This document shows positions 1 through 8,287 of a stretch of DNA of 55,066 nucleotides, piece after piece. A model generated the notes under the pieces. The model made no database searches and was not told where the DNA came from. It saw only the letters and a list, made by a program, of their open reading frames with translations. Source of the DNA: a virus. The position numbers and the translations under genes are program-made. Location: the IMG/VR virus record IMGVR_UViG_3300014790_000001; one strand, given 5' to 3'. How positions within the stretch are numbered: position 1 is the stretch's first letter; every line of letters starts with the position of its first letter.

Positions 1-78
1 TAACAGGAGCGATACTTGTTCACTGTGGGAATGCCCGCAGTGCAAAAGAAGATTTACAACAACACATAAACCGGGAGT
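1..78. repeat. Terminal direct repeat, copy 1 (identical to 54989-55066); circular-assembly overlap or terminal redundancy
   Basis: Base-by-base comparison shows 1-78 equals 54989-55066, so the unique length is 54,988 bp. Confidence 0.95.
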
Positions 79-157
79 ACTTGATGGGACAGATATATAT
101 TATTGCCATAAATGTGGAAAAGCATTTGATTGGAGAGATTAATTATGCACATTGAAT
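2..157 (+). CDS. 3' part of the junction-spanning 4-Cys zinc-ribbon mini-protein (same gene as 54885-55066)
   Basis: The frame of ATG 54885 runs through the repeat into 79-157 (stop TGA 155-157). Motifs CPQC...CHKC. Confidence 0.6.
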
Positions 158-181
158 TAAAAAAAGATAGATAAAGACACA

Positions 182-538
182 TTGAAAGTCGGGGATGTGG
201 TAGGAGTTGCAAGAGAGGTGAGCTTCGGATGGAAATCATCATTCCGACACCAGTTAATTACTCCGGCAAAAATTACAAGAATTACTCCGAAACGGACAAA
301 GATTGAGACAGATCAATTCGGAGAACATGATAAGAATGAGATTTTTTATGAGTATGATGAAAATGCGGAAAAAGAAAATGAATTAGCTATCATGTTTAAA
401 CAAATTAAAGATAGAAGACGTGCGTTTGAGGACTTTGACAGGAAATACGGTCTTGGTTCGATTAAAGATGAAGATATCCAAAACATGGCATATCACATGA
501 AAGCAATTACAGAGATTTTGAAGAAATACAAGGAGTAG
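182..538 (+). CDS. hypothetical early protein
   Basis: 118-codon ORF with a TTG start as tracked (start uncertain). Co-directional and tightly packed. No motif recognised. Confidence 0.55.
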   Translation: MKVGDVVGVAREVSFGWKSSFRHQLITPAKITRITPKRTKIETDQFGEHDKNEIFYEYDENAEKENELAIMFKQIKDRRRAFEDFDRKYGLGSIKDEDIQNMAYHMKAITEILKKYKE

Positions 539-540
539 CA

Positions 541-678
541 ATGTTTGAAGAATTATATAAATTCATATTCAGATTGCATTACGGGATAAAGTTCATGCCG
601 GAAAAGGATTTTGACGAGCTTTTATCTCGGTGTGACTGGGAGCAAAAGATGTATGCATTGTGCTTTAGATATTTGTAA
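541..678 (+). CDS. hypothetical mini-protein (45 aa)
   Basis: ATG 3 nt after the upstream TAG. Hand-translated MFEELYKF...CFRYL. Below the ORF-track cutoff. Confidence 0.3.
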   Translation: MFEELYKFIFRLHYGIKFMPEKDFDELLSRCDWEQKMYALCFRYL

Positions 679-731
679 ACGTGGAGAAAAATCATGAAAG
701 CACCTTGACAATTGAATATTGATGGTTGGAA

Positions 732-740
732 TGGTATAAT
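732..740 (+). promoter_or_regulatory. extended -10 promoter element TGGTATAAT
   Basis: TGnTATAAT match. TTGACA at 705-710 lies 24 nt away, too far for a -35. The same TGnTATAAT form recurs at 7319-7327 and 8503-8511. Confidence 0.4.
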
Positions 741-773
741 TTTCGTATCAAATATACGGGGAGGAAAATGCCA

Positions 774-995
774 ATGAAATGTCCATTTTGTAAAAGCGAA
801 AATACCGAAAGAATTAGTGGAAGTACAGCCTTAACAAAACGAATTCCAGAAAAAGTAAGTGTGCAAGGGAATGTAACCTGTACAGAACCTGCAAATATAA
901 TGTCGGTTGAAACGCAAAGGTATATATGTCTTGATTGCGGATTTGTTTTTGAAAAACTAAGCGAATCAGATTTGAAACAGTATAAAGAAGCATAA
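774..995 (+). CDS. zinc-ribbon protein
   Basis: CPFC...CLDC motifs. GGAGG at 760-764 is 9 nt before ATG 774. The tracked TTG 726 start would lie upstream of the putative promoter. Confidence 0.65.
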   Translation: MKCPFCKSENTERISGSTALTKRIPEKVSVQGNVTCTEPANIMSVETQRYICLDCGFVFEKLSESDLKQYKEA

Positions 996-1002
996 TTTCA
1001 TC

Positions 1003-1038
1003 TACCAACCATCAGTATTCGGTGGTTGGTATTTTTTT
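1003..1038 (+). terminator. rho-independent terminator
   Basis: 9-bp stem TACCAACCA/TGGTTGGTA with an 11-nt loop, followed by T7. Confidence 0.75.
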
Positions 1039-1069
1039 ACTCATTTTTAAGGAGAAAGGAAGGATTATA

Positions 1070-1690
1070 ATGGCGAAATTTAATATTGAGGTAGAATTGG
1101 ACTGGGTGGATGTAGAAGACGGATATACAATTGATGAAGAAATCAAGGAGCAAGTTGTTAGTGGTATTAAGGATGCACTTCTAAAAAAAGCAACAACAGA
1201 AGCTGTGGAAGCAGTTGATGATAAAATCGCAGAAAAGATTCTTGAAGCAGAAGGAACGATACAGGCAACCGTAGACCAGTTCGTTGCGAATGTGTGTGAG
1301 GAGAAGATTGGAAAGATTATTATTCCGGAAAAGAAGAACACTTGGAGTGAAGAGGTAACGTATAAACCTCTGTCCGAGTATGTAGGAGAAAGGTTTGAAT
1401 TGTTCCTTACAGAAAAGAGATACGATAGAGATGGATGCATTGCAAGTTTTTCTAGTGACAGAAAATTATCGGCTGCCGATCTTATTACGAGACAATATTT
1501 GGAAAAAGAACTTGGCACAAAAGTAGAAAATATGATTGCTACTGCAAAAAGAGAAGTGGAAGAAAGTCTTGTGAAGTCACTGGAACAGAAATTGAAAGAG
1601 AATCTTGCGAAAGAAACAATTGAGAGAATGAATATTCCAGATGTTTTGAAGAGATTCAGTGAGATGGCACTTGAAGATAAAGATGAATAG
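1070..1690 (+). CDS. hypothetical acidic protein
   Basis: ATG 1070 preceded by GGAGAAAGGAAGG. ORF-track frame of 1022..1690. Confidence 0.7.
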   Translation: MAKFNIEVELDWVDVEDGYTIDEEIKEQVVSGIKDALLKKATTEAVEAVDDKIAEKILEAEGTIQATVDQFVANVCEEKIGKIIIPEKKNTWSEEVTYKPLSEYVGERFELFLTEKRYDRDGCIASFSSDRKLSAADLITRQYLEKELGTKVENMIATAKREVEESLVKSLEQKLKENLAKETIERMNIPDVLKRFSEMALEDKDE

Positions 1691-1715
1691 ATGGCCAGGG
1701 AGAAAGGAACGAATT

Positions 1716-2456
1716 ATGAGTACATTTGAAGAAAGAATAGTGAAAGCAGTAACAGATAAATTGAATGACGGAACAGTTGAAGAGCTTGTATCCGATGCCG
1801 TAACAAAAGCACTGAAAAGCAGTATTGAAGATCAGTTCAACTGGAAAGGTGAAGCAAAGAAGATTATAGATGAGAAAGTAAAAGAAGTAATGACACCGGT
1901 AATCGAAAGAGTAAATCTGGACGAATATACAGTGAAACTCGATGCAGTTCTCACGGAAATTATTAACAGCACAAATCTGATTGACAACAAAGAAATCTTA
2001 GGAAACTTCAAGAGTCTTATGACAGAGCCGGATAAAGATACAATCAGCTTAAAAGAAGTGTTCGAAAAATACAAGGAATATGTCAGCGAGAGTGTTGATA
2101 CATCAAAACTTGAAATAAATGTAGATGAAACGCCGTCATATCAGAATGTTACGGCCGATGTAACAGTCGAAATGAGAGATTCTATGTTTGGTAGAAGATA
2201 TTGCGACTTATTGTTCAAATGCTATGAAGACGAGAATCTCACAAAGAAAATTCATCTTCATGAATCAAAACTGCATGGCAGATTCCGCATTACATCATTT
2301 AGAGGTGAAATTGATCTTAATTCATTAAGATATGTAGATAAGTTTGACATTTTCATGATGAGATTAGACAGGGCGTTCTGTGATATCACGGATGTTATGG
2401 ATATGTATGATGATGATATCGAGGTTGAAGCAGAACCAGAAGTATCGTGGAGCTAA
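1716..2456 (+). CDS. hypothetical protein
   Basis: ATG 1716 preceded by GGAGAAAGGA. 246 codons. Confidence 0.7.
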   Translation: MSTFEERIVKAVTDKLNDGTVEELVSDAVTKALKSSIEDQFNWKGEAKKIIDEKVKEVMTPVIERVNLDEYTVKLDAVLTEIINSTNLIDNKEILGNFKSLMTEPDKDTISLKEVFEKYKEYVSESVDTSKLEINVDETPSYQNVTADVTVEMRDSMFGRRYCDLLFKCYEDENLTKKIHLHESKLHGRFRITSFRGEIDLNSLRYVDKFDIFMMRLDRAFCDITDVMDMYDDDIEVEAEPEVSWS

Positions 2457-2474
2457 AAGGGAGAGAAAAAACTT

Positions 2475-2777
2475 ATGAGATTGGCATATTGCATTGTTAT
2501 GATTATTCTCTTATGTACGTATATAGCAGTAGAGGAAAGAGAGACAAGAATTGCAAAGGAAGAAGCGTATCAGGACGGATACCGAAAAGGACTGAAAGAA
2601 TGCCACAAACTTCCGACACGACCGATTATCTTGGATGATTCTACGGAAGACATTGATTTTAAATGTTCATGCTGCGGACAGGAATATATAGTGCCGGAAG
2701 AGGAAAAACCGAAATACTGTAGCAAATGCGGAAGAGAGATTGACTGGGAGGATAAAGCGTATGGGATGCAGATATGA
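2475..2777 (+). CDS. membrane-anchored zinc-ribbon protein
   Basis: N-terminal hydrophobic helix (LAYCIVMIILLCTYIAV), then CSCCG...CSKCG. Confidence 0.65.
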   Translation: MRLAYCIVMIILLCTYIAVEERETRIAKEEAYQDGYRKGLKECHKLPTRPIILDDSTEDIDFKCSCCGQEYIVPEEEKPKYCSKCGREIDWEDKAYGMQI

Positions 2778-2931
2778 ATGCAAAAAGTACGGAAAGCAGA
2801 GGTTCAAATGTTGCATAGAATGCGAGCATTACAAATACTGCAATAATCGCAATAGTGTGTGCGACAGAATACATTTTCATGAATACATGGAAGAATGCCC
2901 GGATTATGTAAAGGAGGATGAAGATGAGTAG
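2761..2931 (+). CDS. Cys-rich mini-protein
   Basis: GGGAGG 8 nt before ATG 2761. 11 Cys in 56 aa. Overlaps the upstream stop. Confidence 0.55.
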   Translation: MGCRYECKKYGKQRFKCCIECEHYKYCNNRNSVCDRIHFHEYMEECPDYVKEDEDE

Positions 2932-3091
2932 AATCGGAATAGGAGCAAATGTCACACAGCCAGATGCAAAATGTATGAGCTGTAAATATTGGAAACAAGC
3001 AGAAAAAGAAAGATTTGGTTTTGGACGAGGTGGGTACTGCTCAACCGGATATTGCAAGAAAGATTTTCGGAAGAAAGGTAAGAAAAAATGA
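2924..3091 (+). CDS. Cys-rich, Lys-tailed mini-protein (55 aa)
   Basis: AAGGAGG 6 nt before ATG 2924. Hand-translated. ATGA overlap with the next gene. Confidence 0.5.
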   Translation: MSRIGIGANVTQPDAKCMSCKYWKQAEKERFGFGRGGYCSTGYCKKDFRKKGKKK

Positions 3092-3417
3092 GAATAATTA
3101 GCCAAGATGGATGTTGTGATATACCTTATGAACAAGCCGTGGTTGCTCGCCTTGACAGAACGGTGGTTGCATATCCATTAAACGATTTGGGAAGTTCGGA
3201 TTATATTCAGCTCGCCGATTATTCCACCGAAGAGAAAGCTATTAAGGCTATGGAAATGTGCAGAAACAGGTATGCATGGTGCAAAACGAGAAACAACGGA
3301 ATGAACTCACTCACTATGGCTATGAGCTTTCGAAGAACAGATGAAATAGAACAACTTTTAGAAACGTTTGCGGAGGAAAATATTTTTCAATTCCCGGCAG
3401 ATGAAGATGTGGAATAA
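3088..3417 (+). CDS. hypothetical protein
   Basis: 109-codon ORF with an ATGA overlap to the upstream gene. Confidence 0.65.
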   Translation: MRIISQDGCCDIPYEQAVVARLDRTVVAYPLNDLGSSDYIQLADYSTEEKAIKAMEMCRNRYAWCKTRNNGMNSLTMAMSFRRTDEIEQLLETFAEENIFQFPADEDVE

Positions 3418-3732
3418 ATGTACTGGGTAGACAGAAGCACTGGCGAGATCGTATCTGAAAAAGACAAAAGCAAACCTCTATGGGCATATTATGAATATTT
3501 AAGAGGTTATGGGGACGGAGTTATTATCGAGACTTACATAATAGGAGAGAACCCGCTCTGCCTGATAGATTTTGCATATTGTGTCGGCGATAAGTATGTA
3601 AATCTAAAAAGAGATTGCCATTTCAAAAATCACGGCGTGGATAGAAACAATGTTAGATTGTGCGCCATAATCGTTCCGACTAAAGAATATGACGAAAAGA
3701 TAAAAGAGATAAAGAGAGGTGTAGAAAAGTGA
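3418..3732 (+). CDS. hypothetical protein
   Basis: ATG directly follows the upstream TAA. 104 codons. Confidence 0.65.
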   Translation: MYWVDRSTGEIVSEKDKSKPLWAYYEYLRGYGDGVIIETYIIGENPLCLIDFAYCVGDKYVNLKRDCHFKNHGVDRNNVRLCAIIVPTKEYDEKIKEIKRGVEK

Positions 3733-4151
3733 ATAAAGAGATCAAAAATGCAGACATAGAAAAAATTACAGTTGATTATGCAACAAAAGTACGAGAAACG
3801 GAAGAAGAGTTTATTTTTCAGACAATAACACCTTTTTGTTTCAACATTTTACTAAAAATAATATCCAAAAAGGAATTAAAAGATACACTTTTAAGAGGAC
3901 AGCAAATGAAATGGATTCCATGCAGTGAGAGACTACCGGAAGAGCCGAAAGAAAATCCGGCGTTTGATGGAAAATGTCTTGAAGCGTATTTAGTAACGAA
4001 AAAATACGGAAGTAGCGCCCAAGACAAAGCATATCCATTTAGAGCTTTTTGGGATGGAATTAATTTCACGGATGGATGGCGAATTTTGGATGTAATAGCG
4101 TGGATGCCGTTGCCGGAACCATACAAAGGAGAAGGGGAAGATGCAGAATAA
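3729..4151 (+). CDS. DUF551-like phage protein
   Basis: C-terminal half has MKWIPCSERLPEE...VIAWMPLPEPY, the pattern I associate with DUF551. Confidence 0.6.
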   Translation: MNKEIKNADIEKITVDYATKVRETEEEFIFQTITPFCFNILLKIISKKELKDTLLRGQQMKWIPCSERLPEEPKENPAFDGKCLEAYLVTKKYGSSAQDKAYPFRAFWDGINFTDGWRILDVIAWMPLPEPYKGEGEDAE

Positions 4152-4347
4152 CGAAAGATTAAAGCTGTGTCCATTCTGCGGAGCGAAAGGATATATCCTT
4201 TCCAGAGAGTACCCAATAACATTAGGCGGTGGAACGGGATACTGGGTGATATGTAGCCGTTGCGGTGGGAGAGCTGGCGATGCGGATACGAAAGCAGGGG
4301 CGGTAAGAATGTGGAATTGGAGGACGGACAATGGGAAGACTGATTGA
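4141..4347 (+). CDS. lar: Lar-family restriction-alleviation-like protein
   Basis: LKLCPFCG...VICSRCG...AVRMWNWR, matching the Lar-family layout (2x CxxC plus a WN-R tail). Confidence 0.6.
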   Translation: MQNNERLKLCPFCGAKGYILSREYPITLGGGTGYWVICSRCGGRAGDADTKAGAVRMWNWRTDNGKTD

Positions 4348-4609
4348 TGCGGACAAGCTTATAAGAAGAATGAGAATTGATATGGATCGCATGAAATACC
4401 AATACAATCTTGATGTTATAGAGGGAATGAGTCTTGCGATAGGATACATTGTTGGAAGTCCGACAGTCTATTACATGGATAAAGTTGTTGAACAGTTGAA
4501 TGAACTGTTAGAAGAGAAAACATCAGATAGTGGAGAAGATTGGTACACAGCAGAATGTTTGGGTAGAGCCATTGAAATTGTTAAGCGGGGTGGAAGAGAT
4601 GAAGAATAA
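4331..4609 (+). CDS. hypothetical protein
   Basis: 92-codon ORF that overlaps both neighbours. Confidence 0.6.
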   Translation: MGRLIDADKLIRRMRIDMDRMKYQYNLDVIEGMSLAIGYIVGSPTVYYMDKVVEQLNELLEEKTSDSGEDWYTAECLGRAIEIVKRGGRDEE

Positions 4610-5057
4610 GGAGAAATACGCAAGTGAGATTATTGAGATCGCTTGCAGTGGGAATGTAGTTGCTGTCAGTAAAGTGACCGGAAAGCCGATCGCTTGCGAA
4701 AAGAACGATTGTAAAAACTGTTATCGTTATAATGATTTTTCGTTTTGTGACGAAGAACGTTTAAAAGAATGGGCAGAATCAGACTATATCGAAAAGCTGG
4801 TTATAAGCAAGAAAGATAGAGCGTTTTTGGAGTATCTTGGTAAAGAGCTCAAATATATTGTGAGAAGTAAAAGCAATAATTTGATGGCGTTCCAAAATAG
4901 TGCTGAAAAACGTGAAGATGGATGGGTGATTGGTTCCGGTGCGCTTAAATCACTACAAAAATTCAACATCGACTTTCCAATGGTCAAATGGTCAGATGAT
5001 TCACCGTGGCTTATTGAGGACTTGAAAAAATTGGAGGCAGTAGACAGCTATGAGTAG
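4599..5057 (+). CDS. hypothetical protein
   Basis: ATG 4599 after GGTGGAAGAG. An earlier tracked start at 4530 would overlap the upstream gene by 80 nt. Confidence 0.6.
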   Translation: MKNKEKYASEIIEIACSGNVVAVSKVTGKPIACEKNDCKNCYRYNDFSFCDEERLKEWAESDYIEKLVISKKDRAFLEYLGKELKYIVRSKSNNLMAFQNSAEKREDGWVIGSGALKSLQKFNIDFPMVKWSDDSPWLIEDLKKLEAVDSYE

Positions 5058-5196
5058 AGAAAATGATATTAAAGGATGCGCTTAATGATGAATGCATTGG
5101 AAGAAAAAACAAAGGAGAAGACGGTAAAAAGAAAGAAAAACTACTATTTGGTAAAAAGTGATGTATTAGGATATGCGAAAAGGAAGGGATTGATTA

Positions 5197-5580
5197 ATGG
5201 CCGGAGTAAGAGACAAATATCTGAGAGGGGCACATAAAGACATCTATTACATAAGCGAAGAGGACGAAAAAAAGATGTTGAATGAGTGCCAGAGGATGCG
5301 TGGAAACGATCAGCTTGAATTACTAAAATGGTGCCAAAATGCGAATAATGACTTATCGGGGATATTGTTCTTCTCACTTATCACAGGAATCGGATATGAC
5401 TATATAAGCAAAAGATACTGGATACCGATTGCAAGAAAAGACTTCCAAGGATATCGGAGAAAAGTCTTGGATGAAATGTATAGGTGGATACTTTGGGGAG
5501 AACATGACGATGGAAAGATGGCAGAAAGGCTATTCGGAATAAAAAAGCACAAACACGGGAATACTACCGAAAAGGAGTGA
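5197..5580 (+). CDS. hypothetical protein
   Basis: 127-codon ORF. A 50-codon ORF (5085-5237) overlaps its start in another frame. Confidence 0.6.
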   Translation: MAGVRDKYLRGAHKDIYYISEEDEKKMLNECQRMRGNDQLELLKWCQNANNDLSGILFFSLITGIGYDYISKRYWIPIARKDFQGYRRKVLDEMYRWILWGEHDDGKMAERLFGIKKHKHGNTTEKE

Positions 5581-5585
5581 TGCGG

Positions 5586-5702
5586 ATGGTAAGAGTTTTT
5601 GTGAACGGTAAACAGGTGACAAAAGAAGAACTTTCCAAATATGAAATCCATAACAATGCGGTAAAAAGGATTCTTTCAGAAAAGTTGACAAAAAATAAGT
5701 GA
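5586..5702 (+). CDS. hypothetical mini-protein
   Basis: AAAAGGAG upstream. Hand-translated MVRVFVNGKQVTKEEL.... Followed by a terminator. Confidence 0.4.
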   Translation: MVRVFVNGKQVTKEELSKYEIHNNAVKRILSEKLTKNK

Positions 5703-5708
5703 TATTTT

Positions 5709-5746
5709 AGAATTGACCTTGATAGAATCTTGGTCAATTCTTTTTT
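5709..5746 (+). terminator. rho-independent terminator upstream of the integrase
   Basis: Perfect 10-bp stem AGAATTGACC/GGTCAATTCT followed by T5. Confidence 0.8.
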
Positions 5747-5765
5747 AATTGAAAGGAGAATTGAC

Positions 5766-7121
5766 ATGAAAAAATTAAATGTAGGTTATATGAGAGTGTC
5801 TACAGAAGCACAGACCGAAAAGTATGGTCTTGATGTCCAAGAAGACAAGATAAATGAACTTGCCAAGAAAAGGGGCGTGAAGATAGCCAGATGGTATGTG
5901 GACGGGGGATATTCCGGGAGCAATATCCAAAGGCCAAACATACAGAAACTTCTGGAAGATGCAGAAGCCGGAGAAATACAGGCAGTATACATCTATAAGC
6001 TTGACAGAATGAGCCGTGATGTTGTAGATACTCTTACGCTTGTGAGTAAACTTTTGCCAAAATACAATGTAGAGGTGGTATCAGCTACAGAGGATTTGCG
6101 GAATGAAACACCGATGGATCGTGTGATGTTGGGCGTTAATGCAGTCATGGGGCAGTATGAGCGTGAGGTTATCTATATGCGTACAAGAGCCGGGATGGTG
6201 GAGCGTGTAAAGCGTGGACTGTGGATGGGTGGTGGTACGATACCGTACGGATATAGGTACGACAGGAACGATGGGATATTACATATCATCCCGGAAGAAG
6301 CGGAAAAGGTAAAAGCTATCTTTCAGATGTTCCGGGACGGATATTCGTGTGATAGGATTCAAAAAATCCTCGGGATGCATTCAGAGAAGCTTGTATCGAA
6401 CATTATTAGACGAATAGCTTATGTAGGTAAAATACAATATAAAGGAAAAACATACCAAGGCTTGCATGAACCAATCATAGACGAAAAACTATTCTACGAA
6501 GTACAGGAAGAGATAAAAAAGAGATCCACAAATGCTTATGTAAGCAACAGGTATATGCTTACCGGGTTGTGCTATTGCGGAAAATGCGGTACTAAAATGC
6601 GTATGCAGAAGTGGGGAAAGTACACCAAGATAGTATGTTACTCACAGTACAAGGAAAAAGAGCATATATCTAAGACAGGGAACCCTTGCAAGAATAAAAA
6701 GGTGAGGGCAGATGTGGTAGAAAAAGAAGTAGAGGACTGTTTTAAACGATTTATCGTTAATGTCGAAGAAAAAGAGAATGAATCTGAAAGCACTAGGAAG
6801 ATGATAGAAAAAGAGATATCACTAAGCGAAGCAAAACTGAAACGCCTATACACATTGTATGCAAGCGGTAGTTCCGGTACAGATACGCTTTTGGATGTTA
6901 TCCAGGCAGAAGAAAAAACACTAAAAAACCTACGGGAAGAACTAAAGGCAGAAGACATCCGGGAGAAAGCTGGACGGGGAGAAAAAATAGAGAAAATAAA
7001 AGAGATGTCCAACGTGTGGGATACACTGACGGATTCCGAGAAAAACAAGGTGCTAAAAGAGTGTGTTGAAAAGGTAGTTATCACAGGCGATGACATAGAC
7101 ATACATTTTAGCATATATTAA
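5766..7121 (+). CDS. int: large serine recombinase (integrase)
   Basis: N-terminal resolvase motif GYMRVSTEAQ...YIYKLDRMSRD, a recombinase domain, a CYCGKCG zinc ribbon and a C-terminal coiled coil. GAAAGGAG before the ATG. Confidence 0.93.
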   Translation: MKKLNVGYMRVSTEAQTEKYGLDVQEDKINELAKKRGVKIARWYVDGGYSGSNIQRPNIQKLLEDAEAGEIQAVYIYKLDRMSRDVVDTLTLVSKLLPKYNVEVVSATEDLRNETPMDRVMLGVNAVMGQYEREVIYMRTRAGMVERVKRGLWMGGGTIPYGYRYDRNDGILHIIPEEAEKVKAIFQMFRDGYSCDRIQKILGMHSEKLVSNIIRRIAYVGKIQYKGKTYQGLHEPIIDEKLFYEVQEEIKKRSTNAYVSNRYMLTGLCYCGKCGTKMRMQKWGKYTKIVCYSQYKEKEHISKTGNPCKNKKVRADVVEKEVEDCFKRFIVNVEEKENESESTRKMIEKEISLSEAKLKRLYTLYASGSSGTDTLLDVIQAEEKTLKNLREELKAEDIREKAGRGEKIEKIKEMSNVWDTLTDSEKNKVLKECVEKVVITGDDIDIHFSIY

Positions 7122-7298
7122 TAGGTACTTTCTCGCGTTCCAACCATCATCCCAACAGCGGTAGGAAGTGGAGAAAAGGAAGAAAAGACCGAGATTCTAT
7201 TATATGATTAAGAAAAATAAAGACGGACCTGTAAAAAGTAAATATATAGATTAAGAGAAAAAAGATTTTGAAAATAATCGAAATCTTTCATTTTTTAC

Positions 7299-7327
7299 TT
7301 GACTAGTGGACACCACTATGCTATAAT
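7299..7327 (+). promoter_or_regulatory. sigma-70-type promoter with a palindromic operator in the spacer
   Basis: TTGACT, a 17-nt spacer, then TATAAT (with TGc, i.e. an extended -10). The spacer holds AGTGG-ACA-CCACT. Confidence 0.7.
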
Positions 7328-7371
7328 AAAGACAGTTAAAGAACAGAGAACATCACAGGAGGTAAAGAAAG

Positions 7372-7611
7372 ATGATGAAAATCGATGAACTTAGAAAAAG
7401 TCTTGTAGAAGCAGGATTTTACAAGAAAGAAGACATTGAAAAGATATGCGAGATCGAAAGAGCATATCTTGAAGAATGTGCGGAGATTGAAGAGGACTGC
7501 GAAAAAGAGGGATATCCTTCTAATGGCAGTAACTACGATCTCAGATGTGAGGTTGCTCGTAAATATTATGACGAGCAGTTGGATCTAATTGATTCAAAGT
7601 ATGAGGTGTAA
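7372..7611 (+). CDS. hypothetical acidic protein
   Basis: AGGAGG 9 nt before the ATG. 79 codons. Confidence 0.7.
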   Translation: MMKIDELRKSLVEAGFYKKEDIEKICEIERAYLEECAEIEEDCEKEGYPSNGSNYDLRCEVARKYYDEQLDLIDSKYEV

Positions 7612-7628
7612 AAAATGGAGGAAGAAAA

Positions 7629-8051
7629 ATGAAAAAATATGATTTAGTAAAAAGAACGGCAGAAATTAAGTATAAAGATAGAAAAGAAATTGAAGAAGGA
7701 TGCACGGCTTTTGACGATTCGCCGGAATATATAAAAACATTCGATACACTGGAGGAAGCGAAAAAGGAACTTGCAAAACGTAAAACAGATGTTAGCAAAT
7801 TTTCTTACCACGGAATGACATTCTACAAGGTTGAAGAGTATGTAATTGAAGAAAATGAATTTGAATATGACGAAGACGAAAGCAAATTTGTACAGACAGA
7901 TTTTATTGACACATTAGAAAGCACAGAGATGAAAATTGAAGTCGTTGAAATACCTAGCCATGAAACAATAGCGATCTGCTCAAGCCTGGAAGAAGCGGAA
8001 GAAGCGGAAGACAATTACGAGGGCGAAAACGAAACATGCATAATGATTTAA
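7629..8051 (+). CDS. hypothetical acidic protein
   Basis: 140-codon ORF ending in tandem TAA TAA. Confidence 0.7.
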   Translation: MKKYDLVKRTAEIKYKDRKEIEEGCTAFDDSPEYIKTFDTLEEAKKELAKRKTDVSKFSYHGMTFYKVEEYVIEENEFEYDEDESKFVQTDFIDTLESTEMKIEVVEIPSHETIAICSSLEEAEEAEDNYEGENETCIMI

Positions 8052-8054
8052 TAA

Positions 8055-8273
8055 AGCATTTCAGACGGTCCTTATGTCGGATTCTACGACGGTGGAGAAC
8101 TTGACGGCACATGTGCACTTAAAGTATCTGAAAACAATATCGAAGAAATGATTGAAGCTGTAAAATCTTACGTAGAAAAAACATACTTAATCGGTGGAAA
8201 CATAATGCAATACGGAAACGATAAAGACGAAATCATTATAAGAAACGCGGAAGTGATTGCAATATTGCGATAA
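8055..8273 (+). other. start-less coding-like ORF (72 codons), in frame with 7629-8051
   Basis: No ATG/GTG/TTG before codon 32 (ATG 8148, which has no SD). The translation ...GFYDGGELDGTCALKVSENNIEEMIEAVKSYVEK... looks protein-like. Confidence 0.35.
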
Positions 8274-8287
8274 AAAAGGAGATAGTA

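Noticed and set aside
1012-1518. Long antisense ORFs opposite plus-strand genes, here and at 2659-3135, 3818-4402, 6638-7114, 8807-9193, 24507-25046, 26618-27133, 28174-28734, 45556-46071 and 54608-55033
   Set aside because: They are Ser/Leu/Phe/Cys-rich shadow frames fully contained within well-supported plus-strand genes. They lack SD sequences and break the co-directional packing.
3415-3420. In-frame TAA-ATG or TAA-TAA-ATG junctions that look like split genes (also at 18891-18896, 23454-23462 and 27203-27208)
   Set aside because: Each downstream ORF begins with its own ATG, usually with an SD inside the upstream 3' end. This is ordinary termination-reinitiation packing rather than read-through.
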